Assembly: GCF_009914755.1 (NCBI RefSeq)
Contig: NC_060938.1
From: the human T2T-CHM13v2.0 reference genome, Homo sapiens
Direction: 5' to 3' (one strand)
Length of the DNA: 64,000 bases
In this document: positions 49,277-63,329 of the stretch, piece after piece
How positions within the stretch are numbered: the stretch's first letter is position 1
Layout of the letters: each line of letters opens with the position of its first letter
Position numbers and translations under genes: made by a program
Notes under the pieces: model-generated
The model's database searches: none
What the model was told of the DNA's origin: nothing
Seen by the model: the letters and a program-made list of their open reading frames with translations, nothing else

Positions 49277-49528
49277 GACTTCTGCACGGACCTGGCCGTC
49301 TCCAGTGCCAACTTCATTCCCACGGTCACTGCCATCTCGACCAGTCCGGACCTGCAGTGGCTGGTGCAGCCCGCCCTCGTCTCCTCCGTGGCCCCATCGC
49401 AGACCAGAGCCCCTCACCCTTTCGGAGTCCCCGCCCCCTCCGCTGGGGCTTACTCCAGGGCTGGCGTTGTGAAGACCATGACAGGAGGCCGAGCGCAGAG
49501 CATTGGCAGGAGGGGCAAGGTGGAACAG
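49277..49528 (+). CDS. FOS: c-Fos coding exon 2 ([32 protein letters not shown]...GKVEQ)
   Basis: Acceptor TTCTAG|GAC, donor CAG|GTGAGG, 252 nt in frame. Confidence 0.99.
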
Positions 49529-49959
49529 GTGAGGAACTCTAGCGTACTCTTCCTGGGAATGTGGGGGCTGGGTGGGAAGCAGCCCCGGAGATGCAGGAGC
49601 CCAGTACAGAGGATGAAGCCACTGATGGGGCTGGCTGCACATCCGTAACTGGGAGCCCTGGCTCCAAGCCCATTCCATCCCAACTCAGACTCTGAGTCTC
49701 ACCCTAAGAAGTACTCTCATAGTTTCTTCCCTAAGTTTCTTACCGCATGCTTTCAGACTGGGCTCTTCTTTGTTCTCTTGCTGAGGATCTTATTTTAAAT
49801 GCAAGTCACACCTAGTCTGCAACTGCAGGTCAGAAATGGTTTCACAGTGGGGTGCCAGGAAGCAGGGAAGCTGCAGGAGCCAGTTCTACTGGGGTGGGTG
49901 AATGGAGGTGATGGCAGACACTTTTACTGAATGTCGGTCTTTTTTTGTGATTATTCTAG

Positions 49960-50094
<135 letters not shown>

Positions 50095-50182
50095 TAAAAC
50101 TTAAGGGGAAAGTTGGAGATTGAGCATAAGGGCCCTTGAGTAAGACTGTGTCTTATGCTTTCCTTTATCCCTCTGTATACAG

Positions 50183-50824
50183 GAGACAGACCAACTAGAA
50201 GATGAGAAGTCTGCTTTGCAGACCGAGATTGCCAACCTGCTGAAGGAGAAGGAAAAACTAGAGTTCATCCTGGCAGCTCACCGACCTGCCTGCAAGATCC
50301 CTGATGACCTGGGCTTCCCAGAAGAGATGTCTGTGGCTTCCCTTGATCTGACTGGGGGCCTGCCAGAGGTTGCCACCCCGGAGTCTGAGGAGGCCTTCAC
50401 CCTGCCTCTCCTCAATGACCCTGAGCCCAAGCCCTCAGTGGAACCTGTCAAGAGCATCAGCAGCATGGAGCTGAAGACCGAGCCCTTTGATGACTTCCTG
50501 TTCCCAGCATCATCCAGGCCCAGTGGCTCTGAGACAGCCCGCTCCGTGCCAGACATGGACCTATCTGGGTCCTTCTATGCAGCAGACTGGGAGCCTCTGC
50601 ACAGTGGCTCCCTGGGGATGGGGCCCATGGCCACAGAGCTGGAGCCCCTGTGCACTCCGGTGGTCACCTGTACTCCCAGCTGCACTGCTTACACGTCTTC
50701 CTTCGTCTTCACCTACCCCGAGGCTGACTCCTTCCCCAGCTGTGCAGCTGCCCACCGCAAGGGCAGCAGCAGCAATGAGCCTTCCTCTGACTCGCTCAGC
50801 TCACCCACGCTGCTGGCCCTGTGA
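50183..50824 (+). CDS. FOS: c-Fos coding exon 4, leucine zipper and C-terminal transactivation domain ([28 protein letters not shown]...SSPTLLAL*)
   Basis: Acceptor TACAG|GAG, 642 nt to TGA. Total CDS 1143 nt = 380 aa. Matches ORF-track entry 50216..50824. Confidence 0.99.
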   Translation, partial: ETDQLEDEKSALQTEIANLLKEKEKLEFILAAHRPACKIPDDLGFPEEMSVASLDLTGGLPEVATPESEEAFTLPLLNDPEPKPSVEPVKSISSMELKTEPFDDFLFPASSRPSGSETARSVPDMDLSGSFYAADWEPLHSGSLGMGPMATELEPLCTPVVTCTPSCTAYTSSFVFTYPEADSFPSCAAAHRKGSSSNEPSSDSLSSPTLLAL

Positions 50825-51449
50825 GGGGGCAGGGAAGGGGAGGCAGCCGGCACCCACAAGTGCCACTGCCCGAGCTGGTGCATTACAGAGAGGAGAAACA
50901 CATCTTCCCTAGAGGGTTCCTGTAGACCTAGGGAGGACCTTATCTGTGCGTGAAACACACCAGGCTGTGGGCCTCAAGGACTTGAAAGCATCCATGTGTG
51001 GACTCAAGTCCTTACCTCTTCCGGAGATGTAGCAAAACGCATGGAGTGTGTATTGTTCCCAGTGACACTTCAGAGAGCTGGTAGTTAGTAGCATGTTGAG
51101 CCAGGCCTGGGTCTGTGTCTCTTTTCTCTTTCTCCTTAGTCTTCTCATAGCATTAACTAATCTATTGGGTTCATTATTGGAATTAACCTGGTGCTGGATA
51201 TTTTCAAATTGTATCTAGTGCAGCTGATTTTAACAATAACTACTGTGTTCCTGGCAATAGTGTGTTCTGATTAGAAATGACCAATATTATACTAAGAAAA
51301 GATACGACTTTATTTTCTGGTAGATAGAAATAAATAGCTATATCCATGTACTGTAGTTTTTCTTCAACATCAATGTTCATTGTAATGTTACTGATCATGC
51401 ATTGTTGAGGTGGTCTGAATGTTCTGACATTAACAGTTTTCCATGAAAA

Positions 51450-51522
51450 CGTTTTATTGTGTTTTTAATTTATTTATTAAGATGGATTCTCAGATATTTA
51501 TATTTTTATTTTATTTTTTTCT
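51450..51522 (+). promoter_or_regulatory. c-fos AU-rich element (mRNA decay)
   Basis: TTTTTAATTTATTTATTAA...ATATTTATATTTTTATTTTATTTTTTT: overlapping AUUUA pentamers plus a U-rich tract. Confidence 0.93.
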
Positions 51523-51604
51523 ACCTTGAGGTCTTTTGACATGTGGAAAGTGAATTTGAATGAAAAATTTAAGCATTGTTTGCTTATTGTTCCAAGACAT
51601 TGTC

Positions 51605-51610
51605 AATAAA
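51605..51610 (+). terminator. FOS polyadenylation signal
   Basis: AATAAA followed by GU/U-rich downstream sequence (TTGTGCTCTTTT). Confidence 0.9.
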
Positions 51611-52118
51611 AGCATTTAAGTTGAATGCGACCAACCTTGTGCTCTTTTCATTCTGGAAGTCTTGTAAGTTTCTGAAAGGTATTATTGGAGACCAGTTTGT
51701 CAAGAAGGGTAGCTGCTGGAGGGGGACACACCCTCTGTCTGATCCCTTATCAAAGAGGACAAGGAAACTATAGAGCTGATTTTAGAATATTTTACAAATA
51801 CATGCCTTCCATTGGAATGCTAAGATTTTCTACTGCTTCTGGGGACGGGAAACCGCTGTGTAACAGCTTTTGTGGGAATACATTTTTTCTGTTTCAGTAC
51901 TCGCAGGGGGAAATATTTAAATTTTGTTGTGCTAATATTAAATTCAGATGTTTTGATCTTAAAGGAACCCTTTAAGCAAACAGAACCTAGCTTTGTACAG
52001 ACTATTTTAACTTTTTATTCTCACAAAATCACGTGGAGGGTTATTCTACTTCAAAGATGAGCAAATTGAAGAATGGTTAGAATAAACAACTTTCTTGATA
52101 TTCCGTTATCGGCATTAG

Positions 52119-52253
<135 letters not shown>

Positions 52254-52309
52254 TGAGGTCGGGAGTTCGAGACCAGCCTGACCAACATGGAGAAACCCCG
52301 TCTTTACTA

Positions 52310-52483
<174 letters not shown>

Positions 52484-53217
52484 TCACTAATGTGTACATT
52501 TTTTTGTACTCTTTTATTCTCGAAAGGGAAGGAGGGCTATTGCCCTATCCCTTATTAATAAATGCATTGTGGTTTCTGGTTTCTCTAATACCATATGCCC
52601 TTCATTCAGTTTATAGTGGGCGGAAGTGGGGGAGAAAAAGTTGCTCAGAAATCAAAAGATATCTCAAACAGCACAAATAATGGCTGATCGTTCTGCAAAC
52701 AAAAAGTTACATAATAGCTCAAGAAGGAGAAGTCAACATGACTCTGAACAAGCTTTAACTTAGAAACTTTATCATCTTAAGGAAGAACGTGACCTTTGTC
52801 CAGGACGTCTCTGGTAATGGGGCACTTACACACACATGCACACGTACAAACCACAGGGAAAGGAGACCGCCCTTCTGCCTCTGCTCGCGAGTATCACGCA
52901 GGCACCATGCACTATGTTTTCACACACACTGGGTGGAAGAAGAGCTTCAGCGCCAGTCTTCTAATGCTTTGGTGATAATGAAAATCACTGGGTGCTTATG
53001 GGGTGTCATATTCAATCGAGTTAAAAGTTTTAATTCAAAATGACAGTTTTACTGAGGTTGATGTTCTCGTCTATGATATCTCTGCCCCTCCCATAAAAAT
53101 GGACATTTAAAAGCAACTTACCGCTCTTTAGATCACTCCTATATCACACACCACTTGGGGTGCTGTTTCTGCTAGACTTGTGATGACAGTGGCCTTAGGA
53201 TCCCTGTTTGCTGTTCA

Positions 53218-53466
<249 letters not shown>

Positions 53467-54194
53467 CTACACTACTCAGGAGGCTGAGGCAGGAGTATGA
53501 CTTGAGCCTGGGAGGGGGAGGTTGCAGAGAACTGATATTGCACCACCACTGCACTCCAGCCTGGGTGACACAGCAAAACCCTATCTCAAAAAAAAAAAAA
53601 AAAAAAAAGGAACCCAGCTGGTTCCTGTAGGTGTGCAATAATAACAACCAGAGGAAGAAAAGGAAGACGATTTCCCAGATGAAGAAGGGCAGCTGGACCT
53701 TCGGACATTGACCTGCTCCTGGGGACCTCAATCATGGTCCCTGTCAGCCCCATGCTTACTCTAGAGGGTGAGCATTGCTTTCCCTTTGACAGCCCTGGCC
53801 AAGGCCCAGACACAGACCCTTGCTCTAGCTTATTGCACAGCCCAGTGGAGACCAGGCTGCTACATCAAGATGGCGTTAAAGGTCCAGAAAGAGGAAATCA
53901 GAGACCATCGGATCCCCAGGGTTGACATCCCACCAAGCTTCCTGCTGACCACTTTCATGGGCTTGAGAGAAGAAATTCCTTCCTCCTTTCTCCAGCTAAA
54001 TGGCTCCTTCCAAATCCCTTTTACTCACTCAGGACTGGACAACTCTCAGGGATTATTAACTCTGGGAAATTTTTTGTTTTTGTTTTTTGTTTATTTTTTT
54101 TGTTTTTTAGGCAGGGTCTCGCTCTGCTGCCATCTCGGCTCACTTCAACGTCCGCCTCCCGGCTTCAAGTGATTCTCCTGCCTCAGCCTCCTGA

Positions 54195-54380
<186 letters not shown>

Positions 54381-54424
54381 TGAAAAAGACTTTGTCGGAT
54401 TCCTACCCACAAGCTATGGCCTCA

Positions 54425-54787
<363 letters not shown>

Positions 54788-55655
54788 TCAACATTGCTAA
54801 AGACATATACATATAATTGAAGGGGATAGAGGCAGAAGTCATTTCCTCATGGGGATTATGTCCAGTTTAGCTCACCAGGATCCCCAGAACTGGCTCAGTG
54901 CCTGGCACATGGTACAAGGTTAATTAATATTTTGCCCAGTGGATGAATAAATTCTGTGCTATTTCCATACACAGAAATATATTCCACACATATTCTTTAA
55001 CTTCTCCTCTCCTGGTCCCTGTTAGTATATTAAGCAATGGGAATTTTACATCTTTTATGTCTGGCTGCAAAAATATACCCCATTCCCATCCTTGCCTCCT
55101 GGAATTCCTTCACTGTCTTCCTGGATGACCTCTGCCAATTCAACTTCAAAGCTGCCATTGGGCTTCTGGCTCCAAATTAATTTTCAATGGGAAGAGGGAA
55201 GAGGAAAAATATTTATCTCTGTAGAATAGTGGATTGTAGATTCTGCATCATCTTTGCACATCACTGCATCTTGTGTAATTATCAAAATTAAAGGGTAGGA
55301 TTTAACAATTTGTTCTAATAACAGTAATTTTGTATCAACAGCAATTCCCATGTGTGAATGAAAGTAAATCAATTATGCTATCTTTAATTAACGGACAAAA
55401 AAAAATTGAGGCACAGTAAAAGTTCTCAGTTGATTATCTTGAGGTAATCGTCTAAAGTTTCAATGTTTTTACAGTTGAAAAAAAGCTAAAACAAAATTGA
55501 TCTCTAAATGGTGTATGAGACTCATTCCAAACAGAGTAACCAAACTCCTCAAAAAAAAAAAAAAAAAAAAGAGATATGAGCCTCACTTGAATGCTGAATA
55601 GCAGAATGCTTTAAATTGTGCTGTTTTCCTATTAATATTAAAGAGTTGACTTTTA

Positions 55656-55777
55656 GGAAGTCTCACTCAGGGTCCCCTGTCTCTCTACTGAAGAGAGAGT
55701 TATTCTCCTTTCTCTTTCTTTTGCTTATTAAACCTCTACTCCTAAACACCACCCCTCCACCAAAAAAAAAAAAAAAA
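55656..55777 (+). mobile_element. Short polyadenylated retrocopy of an LTR-like (ERV1/MER4-group-like) 3' segment
   Basis: TSD AAA(G/A)AGTTGACTTTTA 55640-55655 / 55773-55788, ATTAAA 55727, A16 tail. TTTTGCTTATTAAACCTCTACTCCTAAAC resembles an ERV1 LTR R region. Confidence 0.6.
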
Positions 55778-55789
55778 GTTGACTTTTAA

Positions 55790-56580
<791 letters not shown>

Positions 56581-57458
56581 GAAAATTACAAAAATATTGA
56601 CAGGGACATAGCTAGAACTTAAAGTGAAGATAAACTATATACTTCACAGATTTTTTTCAGGGTAGAAGAGTATGCCCATTTGTTTAAAAAAATTGCCTTC
56701 GAGGATTCTACAATATTAAGATGAGGAGCTAGCTAGCTTGGGAAAGAATTTTAAGGGGTACAAAAAATACAAGTAAGCTGTAGGTCAGTGACACTTCTAG
56801 GCTAATTATAGGTTGAGAAATTGTTTCGCTATTAAATGCAGAATGAATGCATATATAAATTTAGATATAATCATTTTCAAAGAAACAAACAAAATTATGT
56901 TTTTCACTCTTACTGCTATAAAACTTTCAGACTATCACAAAAATCCCATTTGAGTTCAATGGTTCCTAGCAATCAGTGTGCTAAATGGTAAAACCTATAA
57001 TTTAGTCTGCATTAAAATAGAAGAATAAGGGTTAGCTACTATCATTATTATCACATCAACATCATCATCATAATTATCATTTGCCAAGAATATGCCCAGA
57101 CCTGAGGAGAAGCAGGTAGAAATAGGGTACATTGAATCCTGAGGAATCAGTGCAAAGTCTCTGAAGGGGGATGGTTGGATAGATTTCCATTTCCTTTGCA
57201 TGCGGGAGAAAGCAACAGAAACGTAAACCAGTTCCGTTGCAACACAATTTATTTTCGTGGTTCCACACATCTATTTTTGGACTAAACTAAGTTGCCTTTC
57301 CTTTGCCCAAGCATTCTTCAGTTGCTTAAGAGGACACAGAGCAGTAAGGGCTCTGGAGCCTGCCTGGCCTTATGGCCATCAGCTCTCCATTTTTTTTTTT
57401 CTGAGACGGAGTCTCACTCTGTCACCCAGGCTGGCTCACTGCAACCTCTGCCTCCTGA

Positions 57459-57782
<324 letters not shown>

Positions 57783-57999
57783 TAGAAGCAGACCCATACA
57801 AAGGGGCCCCTATTAAAGGGTCTAGACTGAGCAAAACGAAATACCTTCGTGCTAAATGTAAGTGACCCAGTCTCCAGTTGCTGCCATGCTTACTTTGGGG
57901 AACAATTTTTGGTCAAATCTATGGAAGCAATGATTTGTTTTTAGGCTTTTTGTCAGTGATGTGACTATCATCACAGCTAAATTTATCAAAACAATATAA

Positions 58000-58281
<282 letters not shown>

Positions 58282-58369
58282 TGATCCGTCTGCCTTGGGC
58301 TCCCAAAGTGCTGGGATTACAGGCGTGAGCCACCGCACCCAGGCAAGAATTGGATCCAATTTAGCAGAG

Positions 58370-58560
58370 TGGTCCAAAGCATAGACTTAGCCCTGAATCC
58401 TCACTCCTAGACTTTGGGTAAGTTATTTAACCTCTCTGCTCCTTAGTTTTCCCTCCTGTAAGATGGGGATAATAATTGTATCCACTTCTTGGGGTTGTTG
58501 TGGACATTAAATAAGTTGGTATGTATAGACTGAATATCACAGCATCTGGGCACACAGAAG
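58370..58560 (+). mobile_element. MIR
   Basis: TTTGGGTAAGTTATTTAACCTCTCTG..TTAGTTTTCCCTCCTGTAAGATGGGGATAATAA. Confidence 0.75.
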
Positions 58561-58721
58561 TATGATAGAAGGGTTAGTTGTTTTTGGCTGGGCACAGTGG
58601 CTCACGCCTGTAATCCCAGCACTTTGGGACGCCGAGGTGGGTGGATCACCTGAGGTCAGGAGTTCAAGACCGGCCTGGCCAACATGTTGAAACTCCATCT
58701 CTACTAAAAATACAAAAATTA

Positions 58722-58865
<144 letters not shown>

Positions 58866-58959
58866 TCAGAAAAAAAAAAATAAAAAAAAGAAGAAATGTT
58901 AGCTGCTTTTATTATCTTTATAGTTTAGGGAGATGGGGGTCAGGGGAACATGTATGGGC

Positions 58960-59800
58960 TTCATTTCATTTAATAAAAAGTTTCTGGGTGTCTGCTATGT
59001 ATCAGGTATTGAATTCAGTGTGAGGAAGAGACAATCCTGTCCTCAAAGAGCTCAAGTAAGGGAGAAAGACAGGTAAACACAAACCTTATAATACACTGTA
59101 ACAATGGAAATTAACACCAGGTTCAGGAGTTACATGGAAGAGGTAGTGACAAACTCTCTCTGGGGGAGTCTCTGAGGAAGGTGACCTTTCAGCTAGGCTT
59201 CGAAGGTGTATGGAGCTTGCTAGATGAGCAAGTGGCAGGGTAGAGAGCTTCTGGGCTGAGGATTAGCACTGCAAGGGCACAGACTCATAAAACACTGAAT
59301 TTGGTTTTGCTCAACTACAAAGTGTATGAGGGGGCAGTGAGGGGGAGATGATGAGGAGGAGATGTAAATTACAGAACATCACGCAAGTGCATTTAATTTC
59401 ACTTATATCAATATTGCATCATCAAATAGATGGGGCTGAAGATCAGCCAAGAAGAGATCACTGTGACCAGATCATGAAAAGCCTGGTGCTTACTTAGCTC
59501 AGTTACGTGTAGGCTGAACCAAGGCAGTGGTGGTGGGAATGGAGAGGGAACAAGAGGTAATTAGGGGGTCAGGACCTGGTGATTGAGTAGGTGGTGGAGG
59601 TGAGGGAGAGGGAGGAACCCAAGCTCACCGTCAGGTTTACCAGGCTTGAAACACGGGAGGCTTGTGTTTCCACCAATGGCTTTGTGACTATAGGAAGAGG
59701 AACAGGTTTGGGGGTTAAAAAGGTAAATTCTATGTTGGACATGTTGAGTTTGCAATGCCTGGGGAGTATCTATGGGGAGATGTGGGCAGTTGGAACCACA
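58960..59800 (-). mobile_element. L2 fragment
   Basis: CCTGTCCTCAAAGAGCTC..GAGGAAGGTGACCTTTCAGCTAGG..TGGACATGTTGAGTTTG. Confidence 0.55.
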
Positions 59801-59884
59801 GCAGAGGTTCTATGATATGAGTTTATAGAGCTTGTCTGGAGGCAAATGGTTGGGATAGAACCTGGAGCCTTAAGAGAAAATATT

Positions 59885-60230
59885 GATAATGCCCAGTATT
59901 TCACATGTGCTTGCTCTGTGCCAGGTTGTGCTATGCACTTTATAGGCCATGCTAAATCAATGACTTTGGTTTGCTAATCATTGTACCTCTAGCAACTGGC
60001 ACGTAATGGGCATACAATAATTATTTTGTTTAATAAATGCTCTCATTTAGTCCTCACAACAATCCTATGAGGCAGATATGATTAGTGTCATTTTACAGAT
60101 AAGGAAAACAATTTAGGAAAGGTTAAATAAGCTGACCAAGGTCACACAACTGGTAAGTAGCAGATCTAAGATTTGAATCCAGCTCTTTGTGACTCTAAAA
60201 CCCAAAGTGCTTAACTGCATTGCTAGAATG
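59885..60230 (-). mobile_element. MIR
   Basis: CCTCACAACAATCCTATGAGG..CATTTTACAGATAAGGAAA..CCAAGGTCACACAACTGGTAAGT. Confidence 0.75.
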
Positions 60231-60591
60231 TGAACATCTGCTCTTAAAGATGTGCTTATGTGACCTGGGGTGAGATTTCAACCCCTCTGAGACTATTTCC
60301 TATGCCAGATTAGGGGTGGGATTCAAAAATCTCTAAGCTCCCTTTCCATCTTCAAAACTCTGATGACATCAGGAGACTGCTACGAAAATGCCCTAAAGTG
60401 CCCGCACCACATCATTCTTAGATGCTTGATGTTCTAGTAGCAACACTGGGGCATGCTCTGCAGTTGACACTCCTTGTAATCCTCTCACGGAACCTTTTTA
60501 AGATGGGAGGCCTGAGCAGTGTGTACAGAGCCACAGAAGTGTACCAAGCATGGGGAGGTGGGAGCAGTCTGTTCTAGGGATAGGCAATGAG

Positions 60592-61196
60592 AATGTATTT
60601 GGTTCTATTTCTGTATAACAATTTACCACAAACTTAGCAGCTTAAAGCAACACACATTTATTATCTCACAGTTTCTGAACATCAGGAGTCCAGGTATAGC
60701 CAGTTGCTTATCTAGCAAACTCCATCCATCTTCTGAACAGAACAGTGTTGTGTTCAAGGTCTCGCGAGGCTGCAATCAAGGTGTCAGCTGAGCTGTGTTT
60801 TCAGCTGGATGCTTGAGTGGGGAAGAGTCCACCTCCAAGCTCACTCAGGTTGTTCACAGACTGTATTTCCTTGTGGCTGTATAACTAAGAACTCTGGCAT
60901 TTTGCTGGCTGTTGGCTGAGGCTACCCTTCGGTTCTAGAGGCTGCCTTGTAAACTTCTTCAACACAGCTGCTCACTTCATCAAGCCTGCGAGAAGAACCT
61001 CTCCAGTGCATGCCAGCAAGATGGGGCCATACACAGACATAAAATTACGGGAGTGACATCCCATCACCTTTGCATTTTCTATTGCTAAGAGGCAAGTCTC
61101 AGGTTCCACCTGCACTCAGATGGAGGGAATTACACAAAGGCATGGACATCAGGAAGCAGGAATCACTGTGGGTCACTCTAGGATTTGTTATCCACA
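60592..61196. mobile_element. MLT1-family solo LTR
   Basis: Same hallmarks and same orientation as the copy at 1.9-3.2 kb (CACAAACTTAGCAGCTTAAAGCAACACACATTTATTATCTCACAGTTTC). Confidence 0.75.
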
Positions 61197-61266
61197 AGGG
61201 ATCACATTATCTGCTTAGAATTTCAAACGAATAATAAAACCAAAAAAAGTTGGTCTGCCTTTTAAA

Positions 61267-61884
61267 AATTTTCCCTTATTTAAAACTTTATTCTTAATAA
61301 AGAAAAATGAGAAAACCCCAAAACTTTCTTCTTTAATTGGCAACCTTCAAAAAAGATATTCACAACAGGACTCAGAGCAAGGGCAGAGATCCCCAAAGAG
61401 ATGGTTTTTCCTTAATTCATCAGGCTGGAGCAGAGTTTAAACCAAGCTGGAACCACTCCAGCTCTGGCCACAACCTAATCTCTACATCCTGGCCTCCATC
61501 ACATTGGCCGGAAGCTGGTTCGCTTCATCCAAGGGTCTAGTTTGAGGGCATTCATGGCTTCTGCAAGTTTGAGCGTCCCTTGCTCCTGGTGCTGGCAGTG
61601 CCACTCAGCCATGGACTGGAGCATCCACTTGGTTTGGAGCTTGTACCAATAGGAGCTGTAAACCACGACCTCGGTGAGGTCTGAAGACTCCAGAGCCTTC
61701 AGCTGGAGCATGGCCTTGCTCATCTGCTCGATGTAAGGGATTATCCATATGGGCCTGCTGGGGGAAGGGGATGAGAGCTCCCAGGTAGGGCACCCAGGCC
61801 AGCACTGGGCACACTCACCAAAGGTGGCTTCCAGCAGCCGCGTCGGGACCTAGAACACCTCTGGGCCTTTCAGGTCTTTGGGCA
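61267..61884 (-). pseudogene. DPPA5P4: DPPA5 retro-pseudogene, 5'-truncated, retaining one intron
   Basis: Minus-strand translation [21 protein letters not shown] ... [48 protein letters not shown]...[15 protein letters not shown] matches DPPA5. Premature TAG (61850-61852), a frameshift, AATAAA (61287-61292) and a 14-bp TSD. The P4 number is from memory. Confidence 0.92.
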
Positions 61885-62721
61885 GTCTGCCTTTTAAATA
61901 AACACTATGAGCTGGCAATTCTAATGTTGTCAGTGACAAAGTACTTCTTCCTGAAAAAATCTTTGGTTGTTTTAAGTCCTAAACAGTTGCTGGGATTACT
62001 ATTGAGTTTGAATAATGTAATATGTACGCTTCATTTTAAAAAATTACTTAAAAAACAGAGATAACACAATGACTGTGAAGACTGAATTTGAGTTGCTTCT
62101 GTTCCATGTAACCATTTGGAGTTTTCGTGTTTAAAATTTAAAATTGCGAAGCAGTGTGATACAGTGTTTTGCCATGTTTTTATTTGACAAATGCACATTT
62201 TAGTTAATAACTAAATATTTTTACTAGATTTGAATATTACCTTTAAAATAGATAATTCCTTTTGCTTATTTATTTTTGAGAGAGGGTCTCCCTGTCACTC
62301 AGGCTGGAGTGCAGTGACTGCAATCAAGGCTCACTGCAGCCTTGACTGCCCTGGCCCAAGATCTTCCCACCTCAGCCTCCCAAGTAGCTGGGATCACAGG
62401 TGTGCACCACCATGCCCAGCTATTTTTTTTTATTTTTGTAGAGTCGGGGTCTCCTTATGTTGCCCAGGCTGGTCTAGAACTCCTAGGTTCAAGTGATCCT
62501 CCTGCCTTGGCCTCCCAAAGTGCTGGGATTACAGGCGTGGGCCACAGCGCCCGGCCCCCTTTTATTTTAAATCTAAAGAAGACTCGAGAAAAAAAACATT
62601 ACGTCAGTAGTAGATTTAGGAGATGCACTACTAATACTACGTAAGTTTCTCTTGTGCTGCCTGGGAATAAAAATAAACACTTAACACTAACTTGGGGCTC
62701 ACAACATGCTTGACACTGTTC

Positions 62722-62724
<3 letters not shown>

Positions 62725-62764
<40 letters not shown>
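62725..62764. repeat. (CA)~20 microsatellite
   Basis: Directly visible. Confidence 0.95.
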
Positions 62765-62766
<2 letters not shown>

Positions 62767-63329
62767 ATTTTAAAAGTCCTCATCTACTCTTAAAGGTAGG
62801 TCCTGCTATTATCCTTATTTTTGTAGATAATAATATAGTCTGGGGCGCAGAGGTCTGCTCAAGATCATCCAACTGGAGTGGCAGCGCTGGAATTAGAGTC
62901 CAGGCAGTGTGGCTTCAATGCCTGAACTCTTAGCCATTAGAAAGGAAAAACAAAGCAAAATCAGTATCCGCAACAACCTTGCAGGCACGGAGGCCCTCAG
63001 AAGGGACAGGAGAGGCCGGGCGCGGTAATCCCAGCACTTTGGGAGGCCGAGGCGGGCGGATCACCTGAGGTCAGGAGTTGGAGACCAACCTGGCCAACGT
63101 GGTGAAATCCTGTCTCTACTAAAAATGTAAAAAATTAGCCGGGTACGGTGGCGCGCGCCTGTAGTTCCAGCTACTTGGGAGCCTGGGGCGGGAGAATCGC
63201 TTGAACCGGGAGGCAGAGGTTGCAGTGAGCAGAGATCGCGCCAGTGCACTCCAGCCTGGGCGATAGAGCGTGACTCCATCTCAAAAAAAAAAAAAAAAAA
63301 AAAAACAAAGGAAAAGAAAAAGAAGGGAC

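Larger units (their letters stand above)
46380..49500. promoter_or_regulatory. CpG-island domain covering the FOS upstream region, promoter, exon 1 and intron 1
   Basis: Very high GC and CpG density, no Alu; short AT-rich gap near 47.3-47.5 kb. Confidence 0.9.
60530..62260. mobile_element. hAT-type DNA transposon relic (MER115/Zaphod-like), interrupted by the MLT1 LTR and the DPPA5 retrocopy
   Basis: Segments 60530-60591, 61197-61266 and 61885-62260 join into a sequence resembling the MER115/Zaphod consensus as recalled (AATAATAAAACC..GGTCTGC..GGCAATTCTAA..TGTCAGTGA..CCTGAAAAAATCTTT). Confidence 0.5.

Noticed and set aside
61517-61530. CGA in place of the DPPA5 stop codon as evidence of a longer ancestral protein
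   Set aside because: As I recall, mammalian DPPA5 orthologues end at the equivalent position, so a pseudogene point mutation is simpler.
62598-62646. Imperfect inverted repeat TTACGTCAGTAGT...ACTACTAATACTACGTAA
   Set aside because: Short, mismatched arms with no TSD or RNA-gene signature.
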